Shown one piece after another: positions 17,219 to 26,169 of a stretch of DNA of 64,000 nucleotides; position 1 is the stretch's first letter, and each line of letters starts with the position of its first letter. A model generated the notes under the pieces. It ran no database searches, was not told the DNA's origin, and saw only the letters and a program-made list of their open reading frames with translations. This DNA is from a virus (taxonomy: Duplodnaviria; Caudoviricetes). The translations under genes were made by a program, and so were the position numbers. The stretch lies in the IMG/VR virus record IMGVR_UViG_3300027743_000030, positions 1,018 to 65,017 of that record. One strand, given 5' to 3'.

Positions 17219-17425
17219 TCATTCCGCCGCGCGCTTGGGCTGTAACTGCGCCAGAAGGGCTTGTAGCCGCTCCTCCTCGCCCTCGGTGATGCGACGCTCA
17301 TAACCAAGATTAATGGTCGCAACGTCGCCCTTGTTGACCGCATCGTAAAGCAGCCGCGCCGAGATGCCCAAACGCTTCGCAACCGCCTCGATCGTGCGCT
17401 CGGGAAGCCACGTCTTGTTGCTCAT
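17219..17425 (-). CDS. Excisionase-like HTH protein
   Basis: TIEAVAKRLGISARLLY...G...RRI. Confidence 0.65.
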   Translation of the reverse strand: MSNKTWLPERTIEAVAKRLGISARLLYDAVNKGDVATINLGYERRITEGEEERLQALLAQLQPKRAAE

Positions 17426-17625
17426 TGCCACCTCGGAGGCGGGGTGATGATCGCCGCCAGCTGCCGCATCAAGGGACAATCCGGGCCCGGCGTCTTGCCA
17501 CACCCCGGCGTGAATGGACAACGCGGTCGCTCGTCACGCTCCAACTCGCCCGCACAGTCGAAGCCCACCAGATCAAGGTCAAACCCGTGCAGGATGTGGC
17601 TGAGCGCAAAGTCCATGCCGCACAA
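17422..17625 (-). CDS. Small Cys-containing hypothetical protein
   Basis: ATGA coupling to downstream HTH gene. Confidence 0.4.
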   Translation of the reverse strand: MCGMDFALSHILHGFDLDLVGFDCAGELERDERPRCPFTPGCGKTPGPDCPLMRQLAAIITPPPRWQ

Positions 17626-17649
17626 GCTGCCACGAGTTGGGCAAGCTGG

Positions 17650-17826
17650 CTACTTGTGACCGCGCTTGCCGCCGCCGTGAACGCCGCGCTTGTAACCCTT
17701 GTTCAAGGCCGCGTTGCTGATCGCAGCCGCAGAGGATTTGTCAAACGTGCGCTTGAGGGCCTCGTAGGTCGCAGGGTTCTTGATCGACTTGCCGTGGCTG
17801 CCACCACGCTTGCCACCTGTGGGCAT
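17650..17826 (-). CDS. Small basic protein
   Basis: MPTGGKRGG..SIKNPATYEALKR...SAAAISNA; SD GGGAGAG. Confidence 0.7.
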   Translation of the reverse strand: MPTGGKRGGSHGKSIKNPATYEALKRTFDKSSAAAISNAALNKGYKRGVHGGGKRGHK

Positions 17827-18756
17827 CTCAGCTCTCCCATTGAACCTTTGTGGCAGCTCAACGATTATGGTTCCACGATCGATCCCTTGCCCCCCATCGG
17901 TCGGTCGTGCCTCACACTGTTGCTGACGACAGCAGGGCCGCCCGCCGTTCCCCCCGACACGAGCGGCCCTGTCCTTTTGCCCTCTCCCCCGCACGATCCC
18001 CACCCCCCAGGCTCAACACGCTCGCGGCTAATCTGAGGCAGCGCTGCATAAGCTGGGAACGTCAGCTGTGCGGGTTCAATGGCCGGGAGCTACTGGATAA
18101 GCCCCCAACGCAAATAGCCCACCAGCGAGCGGCTAATGAGCTTTTAGAGGGGGTCGTGTCCCGAGTGGGTGCCGCTGAGCCGCCGCCGCCGCCTCGCGCC
18201 CTGGGAAAAAAGGCGGGAGGGTGAAATGGAAACCGAAATTATTCTTCCCGATCAAGGAGGTAGGCGGAGCAAGTTTAAAACGGCAGTCATAATGTCGCAA
18301 TTTGGTTGTGCTGAATAGATAAGTAGGATCAATAGGTTAGGTGACTACATAGTAGCTATGGGGTAGTCACCGAGAGAATTCTATTCTCGGTTGGTGATCT
18401 TGCGAAACTTGTAATTATTGCAAGGACGCGACGCACTTGAGCAGGCGACGCGACGGAGCGGGGGGAGTGCAGACCATGCGTGGATCAGCACAAGATCGAG
18501 CAGATTAACGCGGTAATGCGCGCCTTACCGGCCCAACGTGACTGCCTGCAGCTGCAGCTCGTCGTCAGCTCAATCCGAGTCGAGTTGGGCGATGGAGGAT
18601 GGGGGTGGGCCAGCATGGGCGCGGGGATTTGATTCGTGTTGGGAAAATAATCCGGCGGCGCTGTGCGGGGGTGGCCCTTCGGCGGGCGGGTACGTCTCTC
18701 GGCGGCCAGTGTTCGTGGATCAAGCGCGAGCTGAGAAACGGAAACAGAAAGTGAAA

Positions 18757-18995
18757 TTGGCAGTGACACGTACCTCTTACATTAGTTTTGTATGCATGCG
18801 CATTACATAGGATAATAACCTGTCACATCTGTCACAAGTGTCACAAGCGGCATGGCACAAGGGTTTGTGTGATGACACATATGACGGGAGTGACGGGACT
18901 TTTCCTTCTACCGCAGCGCACTATCGGCGATGAATATCCAACACGTGTCACACGTGTCACATACGTCATGGCAGTGACACGTGCGAGTGACACGA
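18757..18995. repeat. Iteron-like GTCAC/GTGAC repeat cluster, putative replication origin
   Basis: About a dozen TGTCACA/GTGACAC-type repeats in both orientations; 14-nt direct repeat TGGCAGTGACACGT (18758, 18969); directly downstream of helicase gene. Confidence 0.7.
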
Positions 18996-19048
18996 GACCT
19001 TGCGGCACTTGCCGCCAGTTTTTAAACCGATGTCTTAGGATAAGGGGA

Positions 19049-20458
19049 TCAGTCGGGTCGCTCGGTGATATCGAGCAGTCTGATGCCGTCGAGGCCGCGC
19101 GCCTTAGCGGAGCGCCATCGTTTGAAGCCCTTGGCTTCCATGCGTTCGACGAAGGCTTTCTGAGTTCCGCAGCGTTCTTTGGTGGCTTCGCAGAACAGCT
19201 TCCAGGAGTTGAACAGCTCGGCAGAGGATGCGCGTGCGTTGACATCGGTTGTGAGGCAGGACTTATCGATCCATTGCTGCAGGGCGTCTTGGTTTTCGAA
19301 GTAGTCGGCGGTTGCGCCGAGGACGGCGGCGGGTGGCATCAGGCCCATGTGCTGCCATGCGACGAAGCCGTCCATGATCCAGCTCAAGATGCCGGGATAT
19401 TCCGGCACCAATTTATCGAACAGCCCGAGATCGACTTCGCTCTCGGCGATCTCGACGGTGAAGGGGATCAGCTGCAGGCGGCGGCGCATGGCGCGATCGG
19501 CATTGCGGATGACTGGCTTGTTGTTGCCGACGACGATGATTTTGTATTGCGGCAGGTACTCGAAGGAATTCTGCCGCATGAAGTTGGCGCGCACGGTATC
19601 GCCGCCGGTGAGCTGCTTCAGCTTGGCCTCATCCCAGGACTGGTTCTGTGCTGTCTCGGCGGTGAGCACCAAGCGGGTGCCGCGCAGCGATGCCAGTTCT
19701 TCCTTGTGCTGGGGATGTGTGGTGGCCTGCAGCAGCTCCAGCGACGCCTGGGCGGCATAGTCGCCGAGCACGGCCTTGACCGTGTTGAGGAACGTGCCTT
19801 TGCCGTTCTGTCCGGTGCCGTAGCAGAAGAAAAAACTTTGCTCGGACGTATACGGCGAGGCGCAATAGCCGCAGACGCGCTGGAGATAATCGATCAGCTC
19901 CTGATTGTTGTCGGTGATGCGTCGCAGGAAGGTCAGCCACGTTGGGCAGACTGTTTGCGTGGCGGTGACCGCCGTCATCTTGGAGCAGTAGTCTTCCCGC
20001 CGTTGTGGCCCGAGCTGCCAGTCGCCGGGCCGATCGAGCCGCACGCAGGTTGTTGCCATGTTGAGCACCGGGGTCTGATCGAACAGCCCCATGGGGTGCG
20101 CGGTCTCGTCCTTGATCCGCTCGGAGCAGCGTCGGACCAGGGCTGCGCTTTCGGCGGTGCGTTTGTCGCCCTTCTTTTTGAGCCCGGCGCAGATCGTGCG
20201 GCACAGCTCGGCCATGCGGCGGTTGACGGTGCGCTGCTGATCGAATTGCCAGACGTGGCCGGTCCATTCATGGAACCCGATCGCCTCCAAGAAAACGAAC
20301 CGATCGCCGTGGCGCTGCATGAACAGCCGCACCACGGCTTCATCGGTCAGCAGCCAGTTCGGCGCGAGCCAAGGATCGGGGTGCAACGGCACCACGTTGA
20401 GCGTGGGTTGCTCGTTCTCGTCTAGGCCACGATCGTCGCCCTGATCATCATCCGCCAT
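19049..20458 (-). CDS. P4/D5-family SF3 helicase (primase C-terminal module)
   Basis: D5_N-like region, YGTGQNGKGT Walker A, LRGTRLV...E, KLKQLTGGD, GNNKP, AMRRR. Confidence 0.92.
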   Translation of the reverse strand: MADDDQGDDRGLDENEQPTLNVVPLHPDPWLAPNWLLTDEAVVRLFMQRHGDRFVFLEAIGFHEWTGHVWQFDQQRTVNRRMAELCRTICAGLKKKGDKRTAESAALVRRCSERIKDETAHPMGLFDQTPVLNMATTCVRLDRPGDWQLGPQRREDYCSKMTAVTATQTVCPTWLTFLRRITDNNQELIDYLQRVCGYCASPYTSEQSFFFCYGTGQNGKGTFLNTVKAVLGDYAAQASLELLQATTHPQHKEELASLRGTRLVLTAETAQNQSWDEAKLKQLTGGDTVRANFMRQNSFEYLPQYKIIVVGNNKPVIRNADRAMRRRLQLIPFTVEIAESEVDLGLFDKLVPEYPGILSWIMDGFVAWQHMGLMPPAAVLGATADYFENQDALQQWIDKSCLTTDVNARASSAELFNSWKLFCEATKERCGTQKAFVERMEAKGFKRWRSAKARGLDGIRLLDITERPD

Positions 20459-20471
20459 GCGCCCCGTTTCC

Positions 20472-20675
20472 TCACAGCAGCCGCTCGCCGGCTGCTAATT
20501 GTTGCTGTTCGTAGTCGTGCTCGATTGCTTCCATGATGGCGATCTGCAGCGCCGCCGCGTGCGGGGTCATCTTCCCGAGCTGCACTTGGCGCTTGTAAAA
20601 AGGCCGCCGCATTTTCAGCTCGCGGCGCACCTCGTTGAGCTTTTCGGTGGCGCTAAACTCCCGCATCGGCTGCAC
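20472..20675 (-). CDS. Small phage protein
   Basis: RRELKMRR..Y.R.V..GKM...A..QIA.MEAI. Confidence 0.7.
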   Translation of the reverse strand: MQPMREFSATEKLNEVRRELKMRRPFYKRQVQLGKMTPHAAALQIAIMEAIEHDYEQQQLAAGERLL

Positions 20676-20943
20676 TTTCGTCCGATGTTTCCCGTGAAAC
20701 CTGCCCCCGGCTGCGTGCCGCTTGGCCGTAGGCCGTCACCTGATAGCGCGCCGGGGATGATCCTGATCGCTCGACCCATCGCTTGCGCAGGAGCGAGCGC
20801 AGCACACCGCGATGGAACACCGCCGGCAGCTGGCCGTCGCCGAGCAGCAGCCAGGTCAACAAGGTCCGCTGCTTGGCTGACATCGGCTCGCGCTTGGGAC
20901 GCGGCAATCGGAACAGCTCGCGCTGGAACGCCGACATGATCAC
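20653..20943 (-). CDS. Hypothetical winged-helix-like protein
   Basis: 96 aa, SLLRKRWVE...YQVTAYG. Confidence 0.5.
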   Translation of the reverse strand: MIMSAFQRELFRLPRPKREPMSAKQRTLLTWLLLGDGQLPAVFHRGVLRSLLRKRWVERSGSSPARYQVTAYGQAARSRGQVSRETSDESAADAGV

Positions 20944-21494
20944 CTCGCCGCCGATGATGAAACGATGCGCAACGTGATGGCCGCCAGATCAGGCTGCAGC
21001 TCGCGCAGCCGCGCCACCGCCGCGTCGAGTGTGCCCAGCTCGATCTGCGGCACCCACCAGCACGGCGGATCAGCCGTGGCGTGCCAGAAGTCGGCATGCT
21101 TGCAGTCGGTGCCGAGCTTGAACCCGCGCAGCCAAAAATCGGGGTAGCTCCCGACCATCATGGCAAAAATGCTGCGGTCGCTGTCCTTGTGATAGATCAG
21201 TAAATGGCCGTCCATGTGCTCGGTGTGACGGACCTCGATCACGCCGCCAACCTCGCCGCCGGATATCTCCTTGCCGCCCGGAACCCAGGCCAGATTCATG
21301 ATCTGCGAGCAGGCGATCTCGCCCATGATCCCGCCCACGCCATCGGCAATGCGCGCGTGCATCAAGCGCTTGCTCTTGCCGCCATGATCGCCTTCGCGCC
21401 CGCCGTTGTGGACCTTGCGCAGAATCTGCAACATCGTCACCTGTATGGCGCACATCGCATTCTCAGCCGTCAGTGTGCAGCGCCGCCCGATCAC
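20940..21494 (-). CDS. Phage protein, possible PD-(D/E)xK fold
   Basis: GTGA-coupled start; GIMGEIA...EVGGVIEVR.T...WWVPQ..L. Confidence 0.6.
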   Translation of the reverse strand: MIGRRCTLTAENAMCAIQVTMLQILRKVHNGGREGDHGGKSKRLMHARIADGVGGIMGEIACSQIMNLAWVPGGKEISGGEVGGVIEVRHTEHMDGHLLIYHKDSDRSIFAMMVGSYPDFWLRGFKLGTDCKHADFWHATADPPCWWVPQIELGTLDAAVARLRELQPDLAAITLRIVSSSAAR

Positions 21495-22201
21495 AGCGCG
21501 CCCTCCTGCATTTGCTGTTGCACAATGTCGGCCGCGTCCTTGCCAGTCCGATCGACCGTGAAGGCAGCCGCGCGTCGCCCGGCAGCGTGCCAGCGCGCCA
21601 ATACTGCCGCCGCCGCCCCCTCGCTGGTTCCCGATCGGCCGTGCTCGCGCTTGCCGTCGTTGTCGGCCATGACGATCAACTCGCCGACGAAAAACAGTTC
21701 CGGCAACCGCTCGATCGCTCCCGCCGAGCCGAGCGCCCAGGTTGGGGTGTAGCCGAGCTGCAACAGCGCCAATCCCGTCTCGAAGCCCTCGCACACATGC
21801 AGGCGCGGAATGAACCATGTCTGTGCGCCGGTGCAGCAGGCGCGATGGCCGATCAGCTTCATCGCCGTGCCGCGTGTCGGCCCGAGCATCATGCCGCGCC
21901 CGTCCTTGCGGTAATCCTTGGTCAGAAAAATCCGCTGCAGCGCGGTCGGGGTGTCGCCCTCGATCGAGCGCATCAGCACGATCAGCGCCGGGGCCACACC
22001 GCGCTCGCGTGGACAAGCCGGATGGAACCGGGCCTCGACTGTGCTCGGCAGCACCAACCCACGCATGGCAAGATAAATCTCGGCCGGCGAGCCAACCGTC
22101 GGCTCGCCCTGCTCCCACACCGTCAACGCATACTTGGTCTTGCGTGCCCGCTCGGCACGGTCGAGATCACGCTCCATCCGATCGCGCTCGGCGTCATTCA
22201 T
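21491..22201 (-). CDS. TOPRIM primase domain protein
   Basis: GSPAEIYL..RGL, LQRIFL, VCEGFETGL, MADND, GKDAAD. Confidence 0.85.
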   Translation of the reverse strand: MNDAERDRMERDLDRAERARKTKYALTVWEQGEPTVGSPAEIYLAMRGLVLPSTVEARFHPACPRERGVAPALIVLMRSIEGDTPTALQRIFLTKDYRKDGRGMMLGPTRGTAMKLIGHRACCTGAQTWFIPRLHVCEGFETGLALLQLGYTPTWALGSAGAIERLPELFFVGELIVMADNDGKREHGRSGTSEGAAAAVLARWHAAGRRAAAFTVDRTGKDAADIVQQQMQEGAL

Positions 22202-22370
22202 GACGCGGCTCGCAAATCTTGCAGCGCACGCGACCGCACGGCGCGACGCCAGGACGCGGCCACACCGCACGCATGAATCGGGAGCGCAACCAGCCGGGCG
22301 AGTACTGGCCCTCGATCTTGACCGTCTCGCGCTCCTGCGCTGACGGCGGCTCGCGCCGTGCGCGCTTCAT
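22194..22370 (-). CDS. Small ORF between primase halves (58 aa)
   Basis: Overlaps both neighbours; C-terminal C..R.C..C. Confidence 0.5.
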   Translation of the reverse strand: MKRARREPPSAQERETVKIEGQYSPGWLRSRFMRAVWPRPGVAPCGRVRCKICEPRHE

Positions 22371-22597
22371 GCCCGCCGCCGCTTGCGCTCGGGTTCGTCC
22401 CACAAACCGCGCGCGCGGAACGCAGCGATGATGTCCTCGGGAGCGCAGTTGCGAAAGCACTTCACCACGATCGCGGTGTGACCTTGAAAGAATGAAAGTG
22501 AGGGATCGTGATCGTCATGCGCCGGGCAGCGCGCGATGAAATACTTGCCCATGCGTTTGGCGCGGATGCGCGCCGCCAATGCTGCCGCCGTCGTCAC
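22367..22597 (-). CDS. Primase zinc-finger domain, stand-alone
   Basis: ARCPAHDD..PSLS...VKCF.NC...II.A.RARGLW. Confidence 0.85.
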   Translation of the reverse strand: MTTAAALAARIRAKRMGKYFIARCPAHDDHDPSLSFFQGHTAIVVKCFRNCAPEDIIAAFRARGLWDEPERKRRRA

Positions 22598-22695
22598 TGC
22601 TGCCTCCTCTACATAGCGCCGCCACTATGCTGCAGACCCGACCACTGTAATTTTTTCTTACATGTCACACTCCAAGACGGGCTTCGCCCTTTCGC

Positions 22696-23112
22696 TCACA
22701 CTCCGATCGAGACGCGCACCACGCGCCACGCGCGCAATGCTTCCATCACATCTTCGAACTTGTCGGTGATCAGATAACCGTGGCCGGCTTTCATCAAACG
22801 AAACGCCAGCGCCTTCTGCTCGTCGGAAGGATGCTCGCCTTTGCGCTTTAGTTCAAGGAAGCAAACCGGGCCGCCAATGTGCGCGAGCTGAAAATCCGGC
22901 CAGCCGCGCTGCACGCCCATGCGCTTGAGTTTTCCCGCCGTGGCCGGATGCCGCCACTCGCCGGCAGGGAAATGCGTCCACGCCCAATCGTTTGTGCACC
23001 AACGACGCAGCACGTCGGCAACCATCACATGCAGATTGAACTCGGGAGCCGGCGGCGGCTTCACGCCACGCTGTCGCTTGCCCTTGAACAAGTGCAGCTG
23101 TGCAGCCATCAA
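22696..23112 (-). CDS. VRR-NUC family nuclease
   Basis: KLKRMGV..GWPD...FLELK...S..Q. Confidence 0.85.
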   Translation of the reverse strand: MMAAQLHLFKGKRQRGVKPPPAPEFNLHVMVADVLRRWCTNDWAWTHFPAGEWRHPATAGKLKRMGVQRGWPDFQLAHIGGPVCFLELKRKGEHPSDEQKALAFRLMKAGHGYLITDKFEDVMEALRAWRVVRVSIGV

Positions 23113-23360
23113 CGCGCTCGCGATTGTCGCTTGCTGCCCTGGATCACGCGCTGCATGCGCTCGTCACCATGCGGGCACAACAGCCGCGCCGGTATCTCGC
23201 CCTTGGTGACGTGCTCGATCAGCAATGCCATCTCCCAGCTGGCGTGCCCGCGCCGCTTGGCCCAGTGCACCGCATTCTGCGAATAGCCGATGGCAGTGCC
23301 CAACGCAGCCTCGCTGCCGAAGCGGGCAATAGCTGCCTCCATGAGCTTGCGCGCGCTCAT
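23109..23360 (-). CDS. Cro-like (YdaS-type) HTH regulator
   Basis: FGSEAALGTAIGYSQNAVHWA...IE..T.GEI....L.P; divergent from cI. Confidence 0.85.
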   Translation of the reverse strand: MSARKLMEAAIARFGSEAALGTAIGYSQNAVHWAKRRGHASWEMALLIEHVTKGEIPARLLCPHGDERMQRVIQGSKRQSRAR

Positions 23361-23424
23361 TAATTCTCCAGATTGAACGGGGAACTTGCCGCAGAGTTAT
23401 TCAGGCACATCTTGTAGCGGAATT

Positions 23425-23475
23425 CAACAATCGACTTTGGTTGGCAAACATACGATTGTTGTGGGCTGGATTGTA
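23425..23475. promoter_or_regulatory. Putative cI/cro operator region
   Basis: Inverted repeat CAACAATCG (23425) / CGATTGTTG (23453) plus a further GATTGT half-site. Confidence 0.55.
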
Positions 23476-23489
23476 GAGGAGGACAAGCC

Positions 23490-24128
23490 ATGGCATTCCA
23501 ACAGAGCGCGCAGCCGCGTGCCGATATCAAGGACCGACGCAAGCAGCTCGGGCTGTCGCAACGCGAGCTGGCCGAGATCGTCGGCAGTCATGCCCAGACC
23601 GTAGACAAGATCGAGCGCGGGTACATCACCTTCTCGCGCTATCTCGATCCGATCGAACAGCATTTGGGCATCAAGCCGCAACTGGTCGAGGCGAAGGTCG
23701 CCGAGCAAGGCATTGATAAAATTCCTGTTTACGGTACAAGCGCCGTGACCATGCGGGCGATGTTCATGTTTCAGGAGCAAAGCGAGCCGGCACAGCTGGT
23801 GCTGCCGCCCGCCTGCTTGCGCGGCAAGCGCAGCGCCTACGGCGGCGTAGTCTCGACCGACGCCATGTCGCCGGTGTTCCAATGCGGCGATTCATTCTTC
23901 TGTGACGCCAGCCTCGCGCCGAGCGTCGGTAAATTCATCCTGTTGCGGGAGAAGCCGCCGTGGCAGCGCGGCCGGATCATTCTGTGCCAGCTCGTCTCGT
24001 TCAATGAACGAGAATGGATCGTGTCGCTGCTCAACAGCGGCGGCAAGAACCGGCGCGCCCGCGAGGAGCGCTTGTCACGCGCGGAATTCCCGATCTGCCA
24101 TCGTGTCGTCAGCAAGGATTTCTGCTGA
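23490..24128 (+). CDS. CI-like repressor (XRE HTH + degenerate S24 domain)
   Basis: RKQLGLSQRELAE..G....V..IERG; IPVYG; TDAMSP.F..GD. Confidence 0.85.
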   Translation: MAFQQSAQPRADIKDRRKQLGLSQRELAEIVGSHAQTVDKIERGYITFSRYLDPIEQHLGIKPQLVEAKVAEQGIDKIPVYGTSAVTMRAMFMFQEQSEPAQLVLPPACLRGKRSAYGGVVSTDAMSPVFQCGDSFFCDASLAPSVGKFILLREKPPWQRGRIILCQLVSFNEREWIVSLLNSGGKNRRAREERLSRAEFPICHRVVSKDFC

Positions 24129-24204
24129 CACCGTTGGCTTAATCGAAGGTCTATTGACGCCCTTTCGCCGAACCGGGTAGGCTGGCTCGGTCAAGGGGAA
24201 CTCA

Positions 24205-25026
24205 ATGGCACTGACCGCCGCCCAGCTCGCCGCGCGCGAAGGCAAGATCACCGCGTCATTCGTGCCGCAGCTGATGGCTGGCGACATCGAGAAAATTCAC
24301 AACAAGTGGCTTGAGCTGATCGGCGATCCGGGCTGGCAGCCCGAGGACATGACCAACAACTGGCCAGCGTTCCACGGCAGCTTTTCCGAGCCGCATGTCA
24401 TCGACTGGCACCAGCGCCTGACACAGCAGCCGCTGACACGGCGCGGCGAGGTCGCACACCATCCGAGCCTGCCCTATGTCTGCGCCACGCTCGATTGCTT
24501 CCGCGAGGCCGACAGCTGCGTGATCGACTGCAAGTGCCCCGGCGCGTGGATGAAGCTTGATCATGTGCTGGCGTACTACCAGCCGCAGCTGATCGTGCAA
24601 CGCCGTTGCGTCGAGTGCGACAACGTGGCCCTGCTGATCTCGCACGGCGGCGCGACGCCGGCTGAATATGCGGTGACAATCGAGCCCGACTACGAGGCCG
24701 TGGTGTGGGAGCGCATCAATCAATTCCAACGTTGCGTCGAGACGCTGACACCGCCGGTGGAGGTCATGCAGCTGCAGCCGCTGACGCCGCCCGAGCAGTG
24801 GCGCACCATCGATCTTGATCAGGAGGGCGAGCTGCCAAATTGGGCACCTGACATGAAGGCGCAGCTGATCGAATGGTATGTCACCCGCGATGCAGCGGTG
24901 GCCAACGAAGCCGCGCGCGACGAGATCAAGAAACTGTTGCCCGAGGATGTCGGCAAGTTGCGTTTTGCCGGAACGCTGGTGTCACGCAACCGCGCACGCG
25001 CCGTCTCAATCAAACGAGGGAAGTGA
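24205..25026 (+). CDS. YqaJ-like (lambda exonuclease family) protein
   Basis: R.GKITAS, HP.LP...ATLD, IDCK, YY.PQL..Q. Confidence 0.85.
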   Translation: MALTAAQLAAREGKITASFVPQLMAGDIEKIHNKWLELIGDPGWQPEDMTNNWPAFHGSFSEPHVIDWHQRLTQQPLTRRGEVAHHPSLPYVCATLDCFREADSCVIDCKCPGAWMKLDHVLAYYQPQLIVQRRCVECDNVALLISHGGATPAEYAVTIEPDYEAVVWERINQFQRCVETLTPPVEVMQLQPLTPPEQWRTIDLDQEGELPNWAPDMKAQLIEWYVTRDAAVANEAARDEIKKLLPEDVGKLRFAGTLVSRNRARAVSIKRGK

Positions 25027-25034
25027 GGAGCCAC

Positions 25035-25507
25035 ATGACCAACAAGCGACGCACGAACCTGCAACCGGCAGACACCATTGCCGACTCCGATCTGCCGGCC
25101 AATACGCAACCGGCGCGCCAGACACTGGCGGACATTCGCACCGAGGCCACCGCCCGCGTCGCTGACGCCGCCCACAGCGTCGCTCACACCATCGCCGATC
25201 TCGAAGCATGGCGCGCGGAGATTGATGCCACCATCGCGTTCCTGAAAGCGCAGCGCGGTCGATGATAAATCCGTTGCAGCACTGCTTGACTGGAGAGTCG
25301 GCGGAAATTGTTGACCGCATCTTGGGGCCGTTCCTGCACGACTGTATCGGCAAGAACGACATGAGCGTGGTCAGCGGTTTGCTGGCGTCTGCCGCAATCA
25401 TCGTCGCCACGCACTGCCAGCGCACCGGCGATGACTTCGCGGAGCTGGCCGAAATAAGCCGCCAAAACTTTGATGCAGCGCTGGTGGTCGTTGGAGAGAT
25501 CGCATGA
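25035..25507 (+). CDS. Two small hypothetical ORFs (25035-25265, 25262-25507)
   Basis: SD GAGGAG; ATGA coupling. Confidence 0.6.
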
Positions 25508-26169
25508 ACGACGGTCACAGCAAGGAATACAACATCGCCGTGCAGCGATTGAAGATGCCGCCGCGCATGCTCAAGCTGCCGGTGGACGAGCGCGGCTTTC
25601 CGGTGCCGAAGTTCGTCCAGTGGATCGACGGCAAGCCCGACTTTCGCGTGGTCAACCAATCGTTCATGGCGAACGCGGTGCGGATCAAGCTGTGCTGGCT
25701 GTGCGGCGAAGCGCTCGGCCGCTATCAGGCATTCGTCATCGGCCCCATGTGCTCGATCAATCGGGTATCGAGCGAGCCGCCGAGCCATCTGGAATGCGCG
25801 CGCTTCGCGGTGCAAGCGTGCCCGTTCCTGACGCAGCCCAATCGCGGACGCAATGAGCACGAGCTGCCCGAGCATCAAATGCCGGGCGGCATTCCGGTCC
25901 TGCACAATCCAGGCGTCACACTGGTGTGGGTGACGGAGAGCTACAAGCCGATCAGAGTTGCGCCGAAAAAGCCCCCGCTGTTCCAGATCGGCGATCCGAC
26001 CAGCGTCGAGTGGTGGGCGCGCGGTCGCACCGCGACGCGTGACGAGATCATGGACGCGATCGCGAAAGGTCTGCCGTTGCTGGTGAAGGAGGCCAAGCGC
26101 GAAGGGCCGGACGCGGAGGACGCGCTGCGCGAGATGATCTCGGTTGGGCTGGCGCTGGTTCCAACATGA
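25504..26169 (+). CDS. Cys/His-rich phage protein
   Basis: RGFPVP.FV, CWLCG, GPMC, EPPSHLECA, CPFL. Confidence 0.75.
   Translation: MNDGHSKEYNIAVQRLKMPPRMLKLPVDERGFPVPKFVQWIDGKPDFRVVNQSFMANAVRIKLCWLCGEALGRYQAFVIGPMCSINRVSSEPPSHLECARFAVQACPFLTQPNRGRNEHELPEHQMPGGIPVLHNPGVTLVWVTESYKPIRVAPKKPPLFQIGDPTSVEWWARGRTATRDEIMDAIAKGLPLLVKEAKREGPDAEDALREMISVGLALVPT

Noticed and set aside
18788-20425. Long opposite-strand ORFs (also 1149-2471, 25941-27572, 40186-41376, 51775-53445)
   Set aside because: Shadow ORFs antisense to better-supported genes in high-GC DNA, with no recognisable motifs.
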